A DNA stretch of 64,000 nt from Haliotis cracherodii (GCF_022045235.1 NW_027266275.1:68634001-68698000), one strand, 5' to 3'; shown: positions 47,801-63,600, counted from the stretch's first letter. Translations and numbers: made by a program. Notes: generated by a model from the sequence alone, not told the origin.

Positions 47801-50005
47801 TCGAACCTTATATGTTGGCCCAGCATAAGAAGCATTTAGAACGACATGAGGTGATGCTCAGTTTGATCTCGAAACGTTACATTACTGTAAGTCAATAACA
47901 GTTTGGTAAATGAAATCATCTCTGCCCATGTCCGTATATACAATCCTCCCTATACACACAATAATAAAGACGACTAGGACATAGTTCACGTGAAGGGTTG
48001 GATATTTGCGACATATTTTAAACAGAGGAGTGTTTGTCCGTCATGCGCCATGCGTTATTTCGTTAGTTAGCCATTATGTTTAAAATGGAATGAATGGTGG
48101 TGCATGGGAAGTTGGTAGTAGGGCGAATCGACATCAGTTTCCTTTTTTTGTGCGAGTTGTTGTATTTGTTTCCATCTTGGGCTGACTACAATGAAAGCTG
48201 TAACTGCTTGTTGGAAATCTGGACAAAATGTAATAAAACATGGTACTCAACATGGTTGTAGGACTCAACATATATGTGTTCCTTTTTTTAATAGTAATAA
48301 TATATGTTTTCATCCCTTTGACCATGCTCCCAAATTCTCTCAAATTGCATTTCCGACGAATACAAACATAATTTCTTCAGAATCCACTGGACCAATGAAG
48401 TAGAAACTTCCAACAAATGATGCCACCTGAATCTAAAGGAAAGGTTGAAATCCGATTTCAATATGGCCACTATCCAAATCATATTGGAAAACCTATTTCT
48501 GGCTATTACTCAAATGAACATTGGTATGTATGTAGTTAGTAATGGGGTTCAACATGTGTGTTCCGTTTTGCGATGTATTAGGTTCTGACCATTTTTTTAT
48601 CTTTCAACTCTGACAATGCTGAAATCTGAAATTTATGTCCATTATTTTGGCCATTTCTGGACAAAATGTAATGACATTTTTATATGTGTACATCTAGTTG
48701 GTAATGGGGCTTAATGTTCTGTTATCTCACAGGCATATTCAATCGTGAACTTCTTCAGACAAGAAAAGCTGAACTTTGTAATTTTCTCCTTATGATTACG
48801 TCATAGTTTGCAATCGTCAGAGTAAAAACACAGTACTTTCAGATTAGGTAAGGATGAAATACAATACATTTTAAAGTAGAAAATCTCTCCAACTGCTTCA
48901 GTGAAATCAAAGTAAGGATTCATTGCTAAAGAGTTCAATTTCAGAGATATTAATGACCTAATTTCATTCAACGATGCCGAGATAAACAAGTATGAGAATG
49001 GTGACAACAAGCTTTAAGACAAGAGGATCGTCAGTTTCCCCGCCATGTTGATCAATATTCTATCATCTCCAGCATATGGCGTCTACATGTTTCGCTTTCT
49101 TAGGTACATAAGAGCAAAAGAAAGCTTTTCAATCATCTCTTCACTATCAGTGACCTGGTTAAGGCATGCCAGAAAATGTATGGTAGTCATTCAAAGTTGA
49201 TTGTCAACATTATACGCTGCGCTAAACCATAGTATTACCTTTACAATGAGTTTTCACACCTCCTGGCACTTACTTTAATGGGGACGGGTGGTCAGGCTTG
49301 CTGTCATGGTTGACAGCCTGGCGTTGTACCCCGACGACGTGGATAACTGCTCATAATATCAATCACTGGAGTGTCTGGTCTATACCCGATTGCATACATG
49401 TAATATTCATAATTATTTTACCTTTTACACCTTATGTTTTCGGTAGACATGTGACACTGATTATTCTCTGCCATAGATGTTTTGAATTCTGTTAAAGTCT
49501 CTCATTATCGCAGCTTCCAAATCATAATTGAACACATAACACATTACCTAACTCTTAAAATACGACCGCCGACATTATGTCCGTGGTAATAAATAGTATT
49601 GTTATTCATCACAACAAGAAACTGATTCATTCAAAATAAATTATGAAGCATATTATGTAAAGGTGTGCCAATATCGATAAACACATGATAGCTATTGCGA
49701 AACATATGTTGAAATTGAATATACAAATTCCAAATGTTGTGAAGAATATTGGAATAGACATGTTGACTATATCAATTTCACATGTATGACACTTTTAACA
49801 AGGCAATTGGCTTTATGAGCACCAATTAAAAAGGGTAATGATCTCTTCAGAATTGCCAAACGCACCCATTAAAAGACATATGGGAAAATTAATTAGCGTC
49901 GAGTTGCACATGCTGTCACCCTAGCTTGAGTATATAAACCTCCATGACGGTAACTTCTGACAGTCTGACCTGACATCAACGTCGTGTTTACGTCTATCCC
50001 CGAAA

Positions 50006-53000
50006 ATGAATACTTCGATTCTCATTATTGCCCTATGTGTCTCCGTTGGGTCAGGTGAGTTGGTTGCGTTAGGAGTTGATTATATGTCAACCTTTGTATA
50101 TTTGTAGACGTGATATTTTACCAACTCATACACATTTGACTTTTAAACTCAATATTTGTTTCAGCTATATCGCTGCCTAATAACTGGAATATAAGACAAC
50201 TAGGAACATCATCAACGGAGGTATACTCTCTACTCACCTGACAACTATATATACGAAACTTATAAACGTGTGTGTGTGTTGTAATCGTTTTATCTATTTT
50301 CAAAGTCAGTGTTCAGTACAAAATGAACTGCTTATAAGTGTAAAAAAACGTTTCACATAGTTTTCTTCTGCATCATTTCAAAGGATGACGATGCGTGTAC
50401 GAACTGTAAGGAAACACTCACCGCGGTTATTGCCAGATTGGATACAGATGAAGGCGTGGTAAGTCATGCTACTTGAATAAATTAGAAATGGATTGAGCAG
50501 TGCCTACTTCCTGCTTGTCAAAGAAATGAACTGTTCTATTTATTGGCATTTAATATAACGACTTGATTTCCTTTGTTAATCTGACGATTGTTGATTCCAA
50601 TTACTCACGTCGATCCATTGTTCGCCACGTGGCTTGAAGGACTTGCAGTGAAATAATGTCGGAAAGGCACATAAACTGGCGAGACAAATGAAAAGAACTT
50701 CTTCCCTTTTCCAATTTCACAATTGCCTACGTTGATAACGGGGTTTGATGAGAAGGGAATAGAGTAATAATTGTGCAGCCGTTGAATCCTTCCATGATAA
50801 AGCATGAACTCGAATTTAGTGAAAACTATGAAAACGAGTTCAGTTATATTCATTAACGAGAAAACGTCTAAAAAGGTGGAAGGCTAGAGGTTAACGCGAT
50901 CGCCGTCCGAATCCCTACTTGGGTACAATGTGTGAAGCCCATTTCTGATGTGTCCCGCCTTGATATCGCTGGAATATTGCTAAAAACGGTGTAAAACACA
51001 ACTCACACACTTAAATGTTCATCAATTGGCATTATTGTGTGAAATTAATAACTTGCAAAGCCTCTGTAAAAGCTTTAGGGCAATTACAGAAACTGTGTTT
51101 TTTTGTATTTCAGGTGATGGTAGAACAATTGCTAAAGGATGAAATATGTTCTCATCTATCCTCATACTTTCTCACAGAAACTGTAAGTAAATTTTGTGAT
51201 GACGGTAGAATGGAAATTGTTGAACCATGAAGTAGTAGACTTATGCCAAGAAAAACTCTTTCCATATGCATAAGAAATCTCCATAAAAAGTAGTCGAATA
51301 TATCATGAACATGTGTTTATGAATCACAATCATTTAGAGATGATACCAGGTGGTCGCGAAAAGGTGAGCGGATCCTGGCCCACCGGTGGAACCCGTTACA
51401 AATACATGCAAAGGCAAGTCATTTGTTCACCTAAAAAACATGTGAACATATTGTGCAAGTCCTGGTGGCCTAGTCTTCTAAGGCAGAGTTGTCTGCAGAG
51501 TTGCGTTCCTTGGGCTGGCCAGAAACCTATGATTAATGGTTCGAATCACGGTTCTCCCCAATTATATATCTAGATTTGTCAGGACCATACCCGTGCTTGT
51601 GGGTTTCACCGAAGTGGTAAACGTCTGAGACCTGCATCATTTCGGGCTTTCCTCCCACATTAAGCTGACACGCTTGATATAAATGAAATAATGTTAAAAG
51701 CGACGTTACACCGAACTCACTCACTCACTCACTCGATCACTGATTCATATGCATAAAGAAACAGATCAGGAAGAATTGGTGCCTATGGGAATGCCTACTT
51801 TTTTCCTAAAATATTTCCCCAACATTGTTTAGATGTTATTAAACGATGAATTGGAGGCTAATCACCTGACAGAGGTAGGATTTTGGCTTTACATATACTT
51901 AGGACAATATCAATCGAATAATGTATAACCATTATGTCATGAGTCTGACCATTGTATCTTCTTGTTTCAGTGTAACTCTGCTGTTCATGGGCTTGTTCCA
52001 GGTCTTCTGGAGTATGTTGTGGAGAACGCGGTAAGACAGAGGAGACATGATAGCCTATTTATCATTGTATGTAACACATGAAAGTGATTAATTATAAACT
52101 ACAAACAGAAATCGTCTGAAGAGTAGGAAGAATATAAATATTAATATAAGATAAGATAAAGAAACTAAAAATGTAAATTCAAAATATTTGATTCTATATG
52201 TTTCAGGATCCCGAGGTCTTGTGCAGTTTGGCAATGTTGTGTCCTGAGAAGCAAAAGAATCACTTCAAGATGATTACAAATGTCGATGTAAAAACGGTAA
52301 TGTTTTGTGTGAATGTGTTCACACCAATTAGCACCAATGACAAGCCGATGCCGTGAAACGTAGATGAGGGTTTAAGAGATACTCACAACACAACTCACGA
52401 CTAAAAACAGTGATTGTTCATTCTGTATACGCAATGGTCCACGAGTCATTGTGTGATTTATTTCAACATATTTACGATAAATAAACATACACAAGGAGGT
52501 TCTGTTTTCTTCCAGGGTGATGATGGTTGTACAAACTGCATTGAAGTCGTTGATAGTTTCATTGAGAGTTTGAACACAGATGAAGTGAAGGTAAAACGCT
52601 CATATTGAGTTAGCGTGAATAAGTTTTTGTACCTCCTTACTGTCGATAAATTGCATTTTAATCAAATTAGCTTAACATGTTGTTGGTCTGATAAACTTTG
52701 TGTAGACCATCGCAAATAGTTACCGAGACAACATGTCGAATTATCGCACAGGGCACATGTCAACGTTTATAATTCAAATAAGCACTCATTACTAATTTTG
52801 TTGTTGGATTAGGCCCTAAATGACAAGTGTGTCTAATGTTTTGTACAGGAGCAAGTGGAGACGTATTTCGACCATGTAATTTGCAGTCCACTTTCTGCTT
52901 ATTTTCTGGAGGAAGTCGTAAGTGTTTACTTATTTGTTCTTATGTTCCACCTTCATTTCTATTGAAATATGTATATCAGTCAAACACATTGGCTATCATG

Positions 53001-53905
53001 TTAATGTTGTTGCTTCTTCTTAAGCATACAGTGGCTACATGATACCTGGACACAATTATTGTTTCAGCCATACATATTGATTTGCATGAGTTCTTTTGTC
53101 TTCTTAGAAAAAACTTGCTCTGAAACCAAATGATTCAAGACTTACACAAAACGTATAACTGACACTGACGCGTACACATATGCATGTTTAGCGAATGTCA
53201 ATTGATTTGATAATGCACAATGTAGTTGTTGAAGTTGTTTTAAAAAAAATATTCAACTGCTGACTTCTTGACTTTGTTTTAGTGTACAGCTGAGGTCTGT
53301 GCTCTGATACCCGGGGTTCTGGATTACATTGTTGAAAACGCGGTAAGAAAACCGTTAACAGTTTTTAGATTCCATTCATATAAGAATTGGATATCGCACG
53401 TATCATGATTTTATCACTGGCTTAAATGAACAAATTGTCCACTTCTAATTCGAGGTACAACTACCTGTTACTTAAAACATTCTCATCAGTGGATATGATT
53501 CCAAATACAAAAAGCTTAAAATTATAGAAATCATNNNNNNNNNNNNNNNNNNNNNNNNNNNNNNNNNNNNNNNNNNNNNNNNNNNNNNNNNNNNNNNNNN
53601 NNNNNNNNNNNNNNNNNNNNNNNNNNNNNNNNNNNNNNNNNNNNNNNNNNNNNNNNNNNNNNNNNNNNNNNNNNNNNNNNNNNNNNNNNNGTTAGACAGA
53701 TTAGTAAATTATTTTAATCTTATTTAATCTGAAGTATTTTTTAATGTTGTTATCTGCATGCCAATCATCATGATCAGTCCACCGTTTTTCCATGCTTTAG
53801 GATCCCAAGGGCCTTTGCACTCTCGCCACATTATGCCCAGAGAATGTTAAAGGAAAGCCATCTACTGTACAGGTGACAGACTTCCTTCAAAAGATAGCAT
53901 TGTAA
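50006..53905 (+). CDS. Secreted double-saposin-B-domain protein, copy 2 (10 exons, 235 aa)
   Basis: Exons 50006-50054, 50165-50220, 50384-50458, 51114-51182, 51971-52030, 52207-52296, 52516-52590, 52849-52917, 53283-53342, 53801-53905. All GT-AG, frame intact; extra Cys in exon 9 (CTAEVCAL). Confidence 0.9.
51455..51735 (+). mobile_element. SINE family 3 in intron 4 of saposin gene 2 (orthologous copy 62195-62492)
   Basis: tggcctagtcttctaaggc...ggttcgaatc...gggctttcctcccacattaagctgacacg...(CTCA)n. Absent from copy 1. Confidence 0.8.
53535..53690. other. N gap (156 nt) in intron 9 of saposin gene 2
   Basis: Directly visible; same flanks as the first gap. Confidence 0.99.
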
Positions 53906-56753
53906 GAACAAGATAAAAAAAACATTAGAAATATAGAAAAGTGTATTATAATCATATAGACAATTGATCTGAATTAAAGCATTTCTCCCAATAAATAATT
54001 CTATGTGATGTTAATGCCAAACAATCATGCTATCCATTATCAATGTCTCAGACTACAGGAATTAGGTTTGTCATCATATGACTAGACATATTCAACTGTG
54101 ACTACATATTGAGGAAATGGTTTGATATGATAGTTTGTCCTGCAATTGATGTCATTTATATATTTTTCAGATATTAATGAAATACTTAAGTCTACAAGTT
54201 ATGAATCACCATTAAGCAATGTATGCATCAATCCCTTTAAACCATATCAAAGCAACAAACACATTTACAAAATGTCTATATCATCAGGAACTATCTTAAA
54301 TATGATATTTCTTGTGAATGAATTTTATCTCAAGCCTGACCTATGCTATTGGATATTAAATTGTTTGCTAGGCAGTACTTAGAAGTTGACGGATGACAAG
54401 GTAGACACAATTTTATGGATAACAACTTCATTAATACTGTAAAAAGCGACGTTTCGGTACAGACCTACCTATGTTATCCCACTCATATATGCAATTGTTA
54501 TTACTGTTAATCCTCCACCTACTATATATATTCTGTACTATGTCCCTCATTCAGTCTTGCTTGACAACGGTATAAGGATCTATACCAAAACGTCGCTTTT
54601 TACAGTGTTAAAGAAGATGTTATCCATTAAATTGTGTCTACCTTGTTAATGGATATCAAGTTATAGATGTTTACAATGAAGTAATACATTTTGGCACTGA
54701 TGCACATGCATGACTCAACTAAAGACTTATATTTTTTTCAGAATCTTTTCTTGAGGCGGATGTAACTTGAATCGACCAGATTATCAACGTCTACTAGAAT
54801 TAGCATAGTAGTTGTTTGTATATGTGTCTGTTTAAAAAATAAACTAGTTGGAGTAAATGATCGACACGTGTCTTTTTGTCTCTTTAGTGGACATTTTGGA
54901 TACCACTTGTGTGGTGGAGCATCATTTGAAACATTAGCGAATTGCTAATTATAATTAACCCAGCAGTCAGATTAATGTTGAATCAATGCCGCCCTTCAAC
55001 GTTGAAATGACATTGATCTTTGATTGGATTTGAAATATTAACGTTGAATGGACATCAGATATCAATGATGAAATAATGTTGAATTTTGGTTGGGTATTGG
55101 ATGGATACTGGTTTCATTGACACATACATCTAAAAAAGACAATATAAAGGGGTCAAATGGACTCCTAAAGTCTCATCCCATAGGAGTTGCACCTTCCTGG
55201 ATACTAGAGTCTCCTGGCTGAGGTCCAGGACTCATATTGTGTTTGGGGCATGCCATTGTCGCCATATCAGAGGCCGTTTTTCTACTTTGTTAATTTGGGT
55301 GGAATGCTGCATATTGATCTGTCATATACCAGCATCACCTCCTTTGTTTGGAAAGAGAATAGCGCGTTCATACAGTGTGCACGTTTGTTTCATTCGACAT
55401 CACTCGGTCATTCTATGGTTGAATTATCTGATGTTACAATGTCCAAATACACGCCGGAATGTTCAGTTGAAATGCGAGATGTCCTGGCAGTTACGGTAAA
55501 GTAAATTACAGTATGTCAGTAATAATTTCTATGGCTCACAAAAGTATTTAAAATATCTTTATTAGCATTGTTAAACTAAATGTTTATCTATATTCATAAT
55601 ATGTAATACGTCTTTAAATCATCATTATGTGGTATCTAGAGTCTAGATATATTGATTCCAACGACAAATTTGTTTTAATAAAGTATCGCTGAATTCATGA
55701 TTTTCTGAGGTGTCATCGTTTTTAGATTACTCTTTAATGTTGAAACAATATCAGATTCAACATGTTTTCAACTATCGAAAGGCCAATGTTGAAACAATGT
55801 CGATACAATGTTTTTCAACGTAGCAGCCTCAGATGAACCAAATTTCAACACTGAAACAATGACATGTGCCTGTTGGGTAATGCACTACGGAAAAGCAATG
55901 GTGTGTCACTAGATACGAGGGAAGTGATTTGGAATGTTATATTTATCACCCCGTAGTTTCAGTGACATACGTTAATGCAGCGTAGCCTTCTGAATCTGTT
56001 CTACCCGCGACAAACTCATGCCAGATATTCACCTGAAGAAACACGGGAACATTTGGCCCAGTTCGCAATTGGGAATTGCATCTAACATCAGTTTTGATGA
56101 GATGAAACAGATGAGGATGTCTCATTCCCTGCACATTATAGACAATACAAGCATTTTATCCCATTTTAATATTTTGGGGTGCCAGTCCTCGTTACCAGTC
56201 TATGTGCACTCAATACACGTTATGTCCAGAGAATGTCAAAGGGAAGCCATCCGATGTATTGTTGACTGGATTTTAACAAAAGATATGGACACATGTTAAG
56301 GCTAAAAACGAATTTCCCTTGATCTTTCTAAGGCATCTATACTATATTCGTATATTCTACTGATATTCCCGTAAATGCTTTCAGTATTCTGGCTATACAT
56401 ATTCAACCATGACTGAACATAGAGGGAATTCTATTTTCAGCTGTTAATGAAATACCACGGGTTCTGAATCACCGTTAAACACCGCCACAACGATAATCAT
56501 TCATGTATGAAACGTTGAAATCGTTGAAACTATTATAATCCAGTGCAATATTGACAGAAAGATAATATCTCTTTAATATCCTAATATCCAAGCCTGACAT
56601 ATTCAACTGGAGGCGTATCCTTTTCAGCGTCTTGCGGATGTAACGTGAATGAATTAAACTTTGATTATCAACGTTTCCAAAAATAGCATTGCATTCGTCT
56701 ATATATTTATCCGTTTGTGAAAAAAAGTTGAGTCCATGATAACGGCTTCAGTA

Positions 56754-56949
56754 CGGTGGCCCATACCCGCCACTGGTGAGATCATTTTTCACTGTATGCC
56801 TCTACATTTTATCTGGCAGCCGCCAGATACTTCCACTGGTGAGATCATTTCCCCCTGTATACCTCTATATTTTATCTCACCAGTGGAAGTATAAAATATA
56901 GAGGCATACAGTGAAAAATGATCTCACCAGTGGCGGGTATGGGCCACCG
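56754..56949. mobile_element. TA-flanked palindromic MITE, Tc1/mariner-like (rearranged counterpart at 45109-45265)
   Basis: TA|cggtggcccatacccgccactggtgagatcatttttcactgtatgcctcta ... tagaggcatacagtgaaaaatgatctcaccagtggcgggtatgggccaccg|TA. Confidence 0.7.
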
Positions 56950-59900
56950 TACCTCCAGTGACCCCAGATGTAACCTAATGAGGCATGCCCTTCCTGCAAA
57001 GACGCATATGTAAACAACACAAATCACATATTCTTTCATAAATTCATATGATGTATAACGAGTTGTCCTAAATGTTAATGTTAAATCATGTTTTATATGT
57101 ATATAACAAATCACATATTTTTGCATACATTCATATACGGTTAAATATTGTCAGAGACACAAAGAGCAGATATAACAAAAGAAATAAATAGTCTATCAAG
57201 CATCTCTATCCATTGGTAATTCGTATGCGTAAACGTTTTCGATATACATTTTTTCTGTATTGATCTCCTTTGAAAAGCAGAGTATGTATCTGAGAATCAC
57301 AATACAAAGTTATACACAACAGTAATTGTCCAATCTTCATCTTACGTAAGAATGTTATATAACTGAATCAGAAGCATCGCTCTGCTATGACTTGTCAAGA
57401 GTGTTGTAAAGGTTAATCCCTTTCTTATGACATTTACTATTTAAAACAAAGTAAAAAAGGTATGAAAGCAACAAATTCAAAAGTATTAATCAGAAAGGCT
57501 TTCAGCGACGACACCAGGTGTGTGCGATTGGTTGAACAAGCCCTGACACACTGGAACAACCCGTCATGGGTGACGATCATTATTAAAATCATAGTACAGT
57601 TAATAAAGATCATGGCATACACTCTTCCATGTCATGACATTGTTTCTCTCTCAAGAAACTTGAGTCACGTTGCGAGTCATATAGTTAAATTACCGTAAAT
57701 GGTGTTTCTTTAAGTCTCAAATCTAGCACGAGTCAGCAAAGGCATTTCATGCAGGTATCAAGAAAGTAGGTGTGTGTGTTCCACATGCAATGATATGAAG
57801 AAAACGTGTTCGGTTTCATTGGAATAATAGTTTGTTACACAGTTGATCCAACCAACACTATTAAAGATGGACTGTCAGAAAAGAAGAGACATAAAAATCA
57901 CATACAATGTCTTTTTCAGAAACGACCGATCATGTACTCTCGAAATAATGCCACTGAAGGCAAATACACTTAATGCCTCACAGTCACTGATTGTCAAACA
58001 AAAAGAAAATAGGATCGATGCTAACGTCCCCATTGTCCAACAACATTGCAGGGCCGTACCGAAGTACGTTCAAATATTATATTTGTTGTAACCCTGTTGG
58101 CATTTGGCATTAAGAGGATAAACCAAGGATTTTTCCGCTTAGTCAGTATACTGTGTTTGAGTAGGGAGACATTTTAAACTGCAGCATGACATCTCAGTGG
58201 GCTAGCACTGTAAAACTGGCTTACGGCCATACTAGCACAAGTCCATACCAACTACAGGAAATTGTCCATCACTAATATGACGATGATATACATAGTTTGG
58301 AATCCGCCGTGAAGATACGGGTTAGAATAGATCTTCAGCAACCCATGCTTGTCGTAAGAGGAGACTATGCTTGTCGTAAGAGGCGACTAACGGGATTGGG
58401 AGGTCAGGCTCACTGACTTGGCTGATGCTTGATATCGTATCCCACATTAAGTGGATCGATGCTCATGATACAAATCACTAGATTGTCTGGTCCAGACTCG
58501 ATTATTTACAGACCGGCGTTAAACAACAAACAAACAACAAACAACAACAACAACAACAACCACAACTCACACTCTCAGCCAGCCTCACTTGCACACCCAT
58601 ACTTGAAATCTAGATCACATACATGTTTTGGTTGCTCTATTCTATTCAAGTGTATATGACAGTTACGTTTGCCTTAGTGGAAAGACATTTTCTGTTGCAT
58701 GGGTCACCCAACAGTGATTACGTACACTGTAGGAAAGGATGTTGGCACGAACGGAAAGTATTCAGGCAGTTTAAGATAAACACATCGAGGGAGAAATATG
58801 AATTCACACTAATAACAGATGTGACATGTCATGCACTCGAACAAGCGTGTTTTTCGCGATGACTTGTTTGTTTGTTGTTTAACTCCGCATTCAGCATTAT
58901 TCCAGCTGTATGATGGCAGTCTGTAAACAATCGCGTCTGGACCAGACAATCCAGTGATTGACATCATGAGCATCGATCCACAAGGAGTGTCAGTTTGATG
59001 TGGGAGGAAAGCCCAAAGTGATGCATGTGTCACACGTTGACCACTTTGGTTAAACGTCATTTCAAGAACAATGAAGGCTTTCTGTAGTGAATTGAATTAA
59101 TTTATAACAAACATCATGTAATAAATTCATATTTCAGGCCTTCATGATAAACTTATGATATTGAAACAACAAGAAATAGAATCAACAGTTTCCAGATAGT
59201 ATCAGTGTCAGCGCTGTCGAACCTTATATGTTGGCCCAGCAAAAGATCTAGAAGAAATTTAGAACGACATGAAGTGATGCTCAGTTTGATCTCGAAACGT
59301 TACATTACTGTAAGTCAATAACAAATTGGTAAATGAAATCATCTCTGCCCATGTCCGTATATACAATCCTCTCTATACACACAATAATAAAGACGACTAG
59401 GACATAGTTCACGTGAAGGGTTGGATATTTGCGACATATTTTAAACAGAGGAGTGTTTGTCCGTCATGCGCCATGCGTTATTTCGTTAGTTAGCCATTAT
59501 GTTTAAAATTGAATGAATGGTGGTGCATGGGAAGTCGGTAGTAGGGCGCATCGACATCAATTTCCTTTTATTGTGCGAGTTGTTGTATTTGCTTCCATCT
59601 TGGGCTGACTACAGTGAAAGCTGTAACTGCTTGTTGGAAATCTGGACAAAATGTAATAAAACATGGTATTCTAAATGGTTGTAGGACTCAACATATATGT
59701 GTTCCTTATTTAATAATGTCATTTTTATATGTGTACATCTAGTTGGTAGTGGGGCTTAATGTTCTGTTATCTCACAGGCATATTCAATCGTGAATGTCTT
59801 CAGACTAGAAAAGCTGAACTTTGTCATTTTCTCCTTATGATGACGTCATAGTTTGCAGTCGTCGGAGTAAAAACACAGTACTTTCAGATTAGGTAAGGAT

Positions 59901-60656
59901 GAAATACAATACATTTTTAAGTAGAAAATCTCACACCTCCTGACACTTACTTTAATGGGGACGAGTGGTCAGGTTGGTTGTCTTGGTTGACAGCCTGGCG
60001 TCGTACCCCGACGACGTGGCTCACTGCTCATAATATCAATCACTGGAGTGTCTGGTCTATACTCGATTGTATACATGTAATATTCATCATCATTTTACCT
60101 TTTACACCTTATGTTTTCGGTAGACATGTGACACTGATTATTCTCTGTCATAGATGTTCTGTTACATTTCTAAAGTCTCTCATTATCGCAGCTTCCAAAT
60201 CATAATTGAACACATTACACATTACCTTACTCTTAAAATACGACCGCCGACATTATGTCCGTGGCAATGAATAGTATTGTTATTCATCACAACAAGAAAC
60301 TGATTCATTAAAAAGGTGTGCCAACATCGATAAACACATGATAGCTATTGCGAAGCATATATTGAAATTGAATATATCAATTCCACATGTTGTGAAGCAT
60401 ATTGGAATAGACATTTTGACTATCAATTTCACATGTCTGACACTTTTAACAAGGCAATTGGCTTTATTAGCACCAACTAGAAAGGGTAATGATATCTTCA
60501 AAACTGCCAAACGCACCCATTAAAAGACATATGGGAAAATTAATTAGCGTCGGGTTGCACATGCTGTCACCCTAGCTTGAGTATATAAACCTCCATGACG
60601 TTTACTTCTGACAGTCTGACCTGACATCAACGTCGTGTTTACGTTTATCCCCGAAA

Positions 60657-63600
60657 ATGAATACTTCCATTCTCATTATTGCCCTATGTGTCTCCGTTGG
60701 GTCAGGTAAGTTGGTTGCGTTAGGAGTTAATTATATGTCAACCTTTGTATTTTTGTAGACGTGATATTTTACCAACTCATACACATTTGACTTTTAAACT
60801 CAATATTTGTTTCAGCTATATCGCTGCCTAATAACTGGAATATAAGACAACTAGGAACATCATCAACGGAGGTATACTCTCTACTCACCTGACAACTATA
60901 TATGCGGAACTTATAAACGTGCGTGTGTGTTGTAATCGTTTTATCTATTTTCAAAGTCAGTGTTCAGTACAAAATGAACTGCTAATAAGAGTAAAAAAAC
61001 GTTTCACATATGATATGATACTAGTAGTTTTCTTCTGCATCATTTCAAAGGATGACGATGCGTGTACGAACTGTAAGGAAACACTCACCGCGGTTATTGC
61101 CAGATTGGATACAGATGAAGGCGTGGTAAGTCATGCTACTTGAATAAATTAGAAATGGATTGAGCAGTGCCTACTTCCTGCTTGTCAAAGAAATGAACTG
61201 TTCTATTTATTGGCATTTAATATAAGGACTTTCAGTTGTATATTACTGCATTGCCTCTAAATACGGGAGCATGGGTTTCAAAAGTCTTCTATGGAGACGA
61301 TGTTTGCTTTGTAAATCTGACAATTGTAGATTCCAATCACTCACGTTGATCCCTTGTTCGCCACGTGGCTCGTGGGACTTGCAGTGAAATAATGTCGGAA
61401 AGGCACATCAACTGGCAAGACAAATGAAAAGGAACTTCTTCCCTTTTCCAATTTCACAACTGCCTACGTTGATAACGGGTTTTGATGAAAAGGGAATAAA
61501 GTAAAAATTGTGCAGCCGTTGAGGCCTTCCATGATAAAGCATGAACTCGAATTTAGTTCAACTATGAAAACGAGTTCAGTTATATTCACTAACGAGAAAA
61601 TGTCTAAAAAGGTGGAAGGCTAGAGGTTAACGCAATCGCCGTCCGAATCCCTACTTGGGTACAATGTGTGAAGCCCATTTCTGATGTGTCCCGCCTTGAT
61701 ATCGCTGGAATATTGCTAAAAACGGCGTAAAACACAACTCACACACTTAAATGTTCATCAATTGGCATTATTGTGTGAAATTAATAACTTGCAAAGCCTC
61801 TGTAAAAGCTTAAGGGCAATTACAGAAACTGTGTTTTTTTGTATTTCAGGTGATGGTAGAACAATTGCTAAAGGATGAAATATGTTCTCATCTATCCTCA
61901 TACTTTCTCACAGAAACTGTAAGTAAATTTTGTGATGACGGTAGAATGGAAATTGTTGAACCATGAAGTAGTAGACTTATGCCAAGAAATACTCTCTCCA
62001 TATGCATAAGAAATCTCTATAAAAAGTAGTCGAATATATCATGAACATGTGTTTATGAATCACAATCATTTAGAGATGATACCAGGTGGTCGCGAAAAGG
62101 TGAGCGGATCCTGGCCCACCGGTGGCACCCGTTACAAATACATGCAAAGGCAAGTCATTTGTTCACCTAAAAAATATGTGAACATATTGTGGAAGTCCTG
62201 GTGGCCCAGTCTTCTAAGGCAGAGTTGTCTGCAGAGTTGCGCTCCTTGGGCTGGCCAGAAACCTATGATTAATGGTTCGAATTCCGGTTCTCCCCAATTA
62301 TATATCTAGATTTGTCAGGACCATACCCGTGCTCGTGGGTTTCACCGAAGTGGTAAACGTCTGAGACCTGCATCATTTCGGGCTTTCCTCCCACATCAAG
62401 CTGACACGCTGATATAAATGGAAAAATGTTAAAAGCGACGTTACACCGAACTCACTCACTCACTCACTCACTCACTCACTCACTCACTCACTGATTCATA
62501 TGCATAAAGAAACAGATTAGGAAGAAGGGGATCACAATTGGTGCCTAAGTGTCTTGAGTCTGACCATTGTATTTTCTTGTTTCAGTGTAACTCTGCTGTT
62601 CATGAGCTTGTTCCAGGTCTTCTGGAGTATGTTGTGGAGAACGCGGTAAGACAGAGGAGACACGATGGCCTATTTATCATTGTATGTAACACATGAAAGT
62701 GATTAATTATAAACTACAAACAGAAATCGTCTGAAGAGTAGGAAGAATATAAATATTAATGTAAGATAAAGAAACTAAAAAAGTAAATTTAAAATATTTG
62801 ATCCTATATGTTTCAGGATCCCGAGGTCTTGTGCAGTTTGGCAATGTTGTGTCCTGAGAAGCCAAAGAATCACTTCAAGATGATTACAAATGTCGATGTA
62901 CAAACGGTAATGTTTTGTGTGAATGCGTTGGATTTATTCCCGCTTTAAACTGTTTGTCAGTTATATTAAAGTTGGACGAATGTCACAGATAATAATTAGC
63001 ACCAATGACACGCCGATGCGTGAAACGTAGATGAGGGTTTAAGAGATACTCACAACACAACTCACGACTAAAAACAGTGATTGTTCATTCTGTATACGCA
63101 ATGGTCCACGAGTCATTGTGTGATTTAACACAACATATTTACAATAGATAAACATACACAAGGAGGTTCTGTTTTCTTCCAGGGTGATGATGGTTGTACA
63201 AACTGCATTGACGTCGTTGATAGTTTCATTGAGAGTTTGAACACAGATGAAGTGAAGGTAAAACGCTCATATTGAATTAGCGTGAATAAGTTTTTGTACC
63301 TCCTTACTGTCGATAAATTGCATTTTAATCGAATTAGCTTGACATGTTGTTGGTCTGATAAACTTTGTGTAGACCATCGCAAATAGTTACCGCCACAACT
63401 TGTCCAATTATCGCCAAGGGCACATGTCAACGTGTATAATTCAAATAAGCACTCATTACTAATTTTGTTGTTGGATTGGGCCATAAATGACAAGTGTGTC
63501 TAATGTATTGTACAGGAGCAAGTGGAGACGTATTTCGACCATGTAATTTGCAGTCCACTTTCTGCTTATTTTCTGGAGGAAGTCGTAAGTGTTTACTTAT

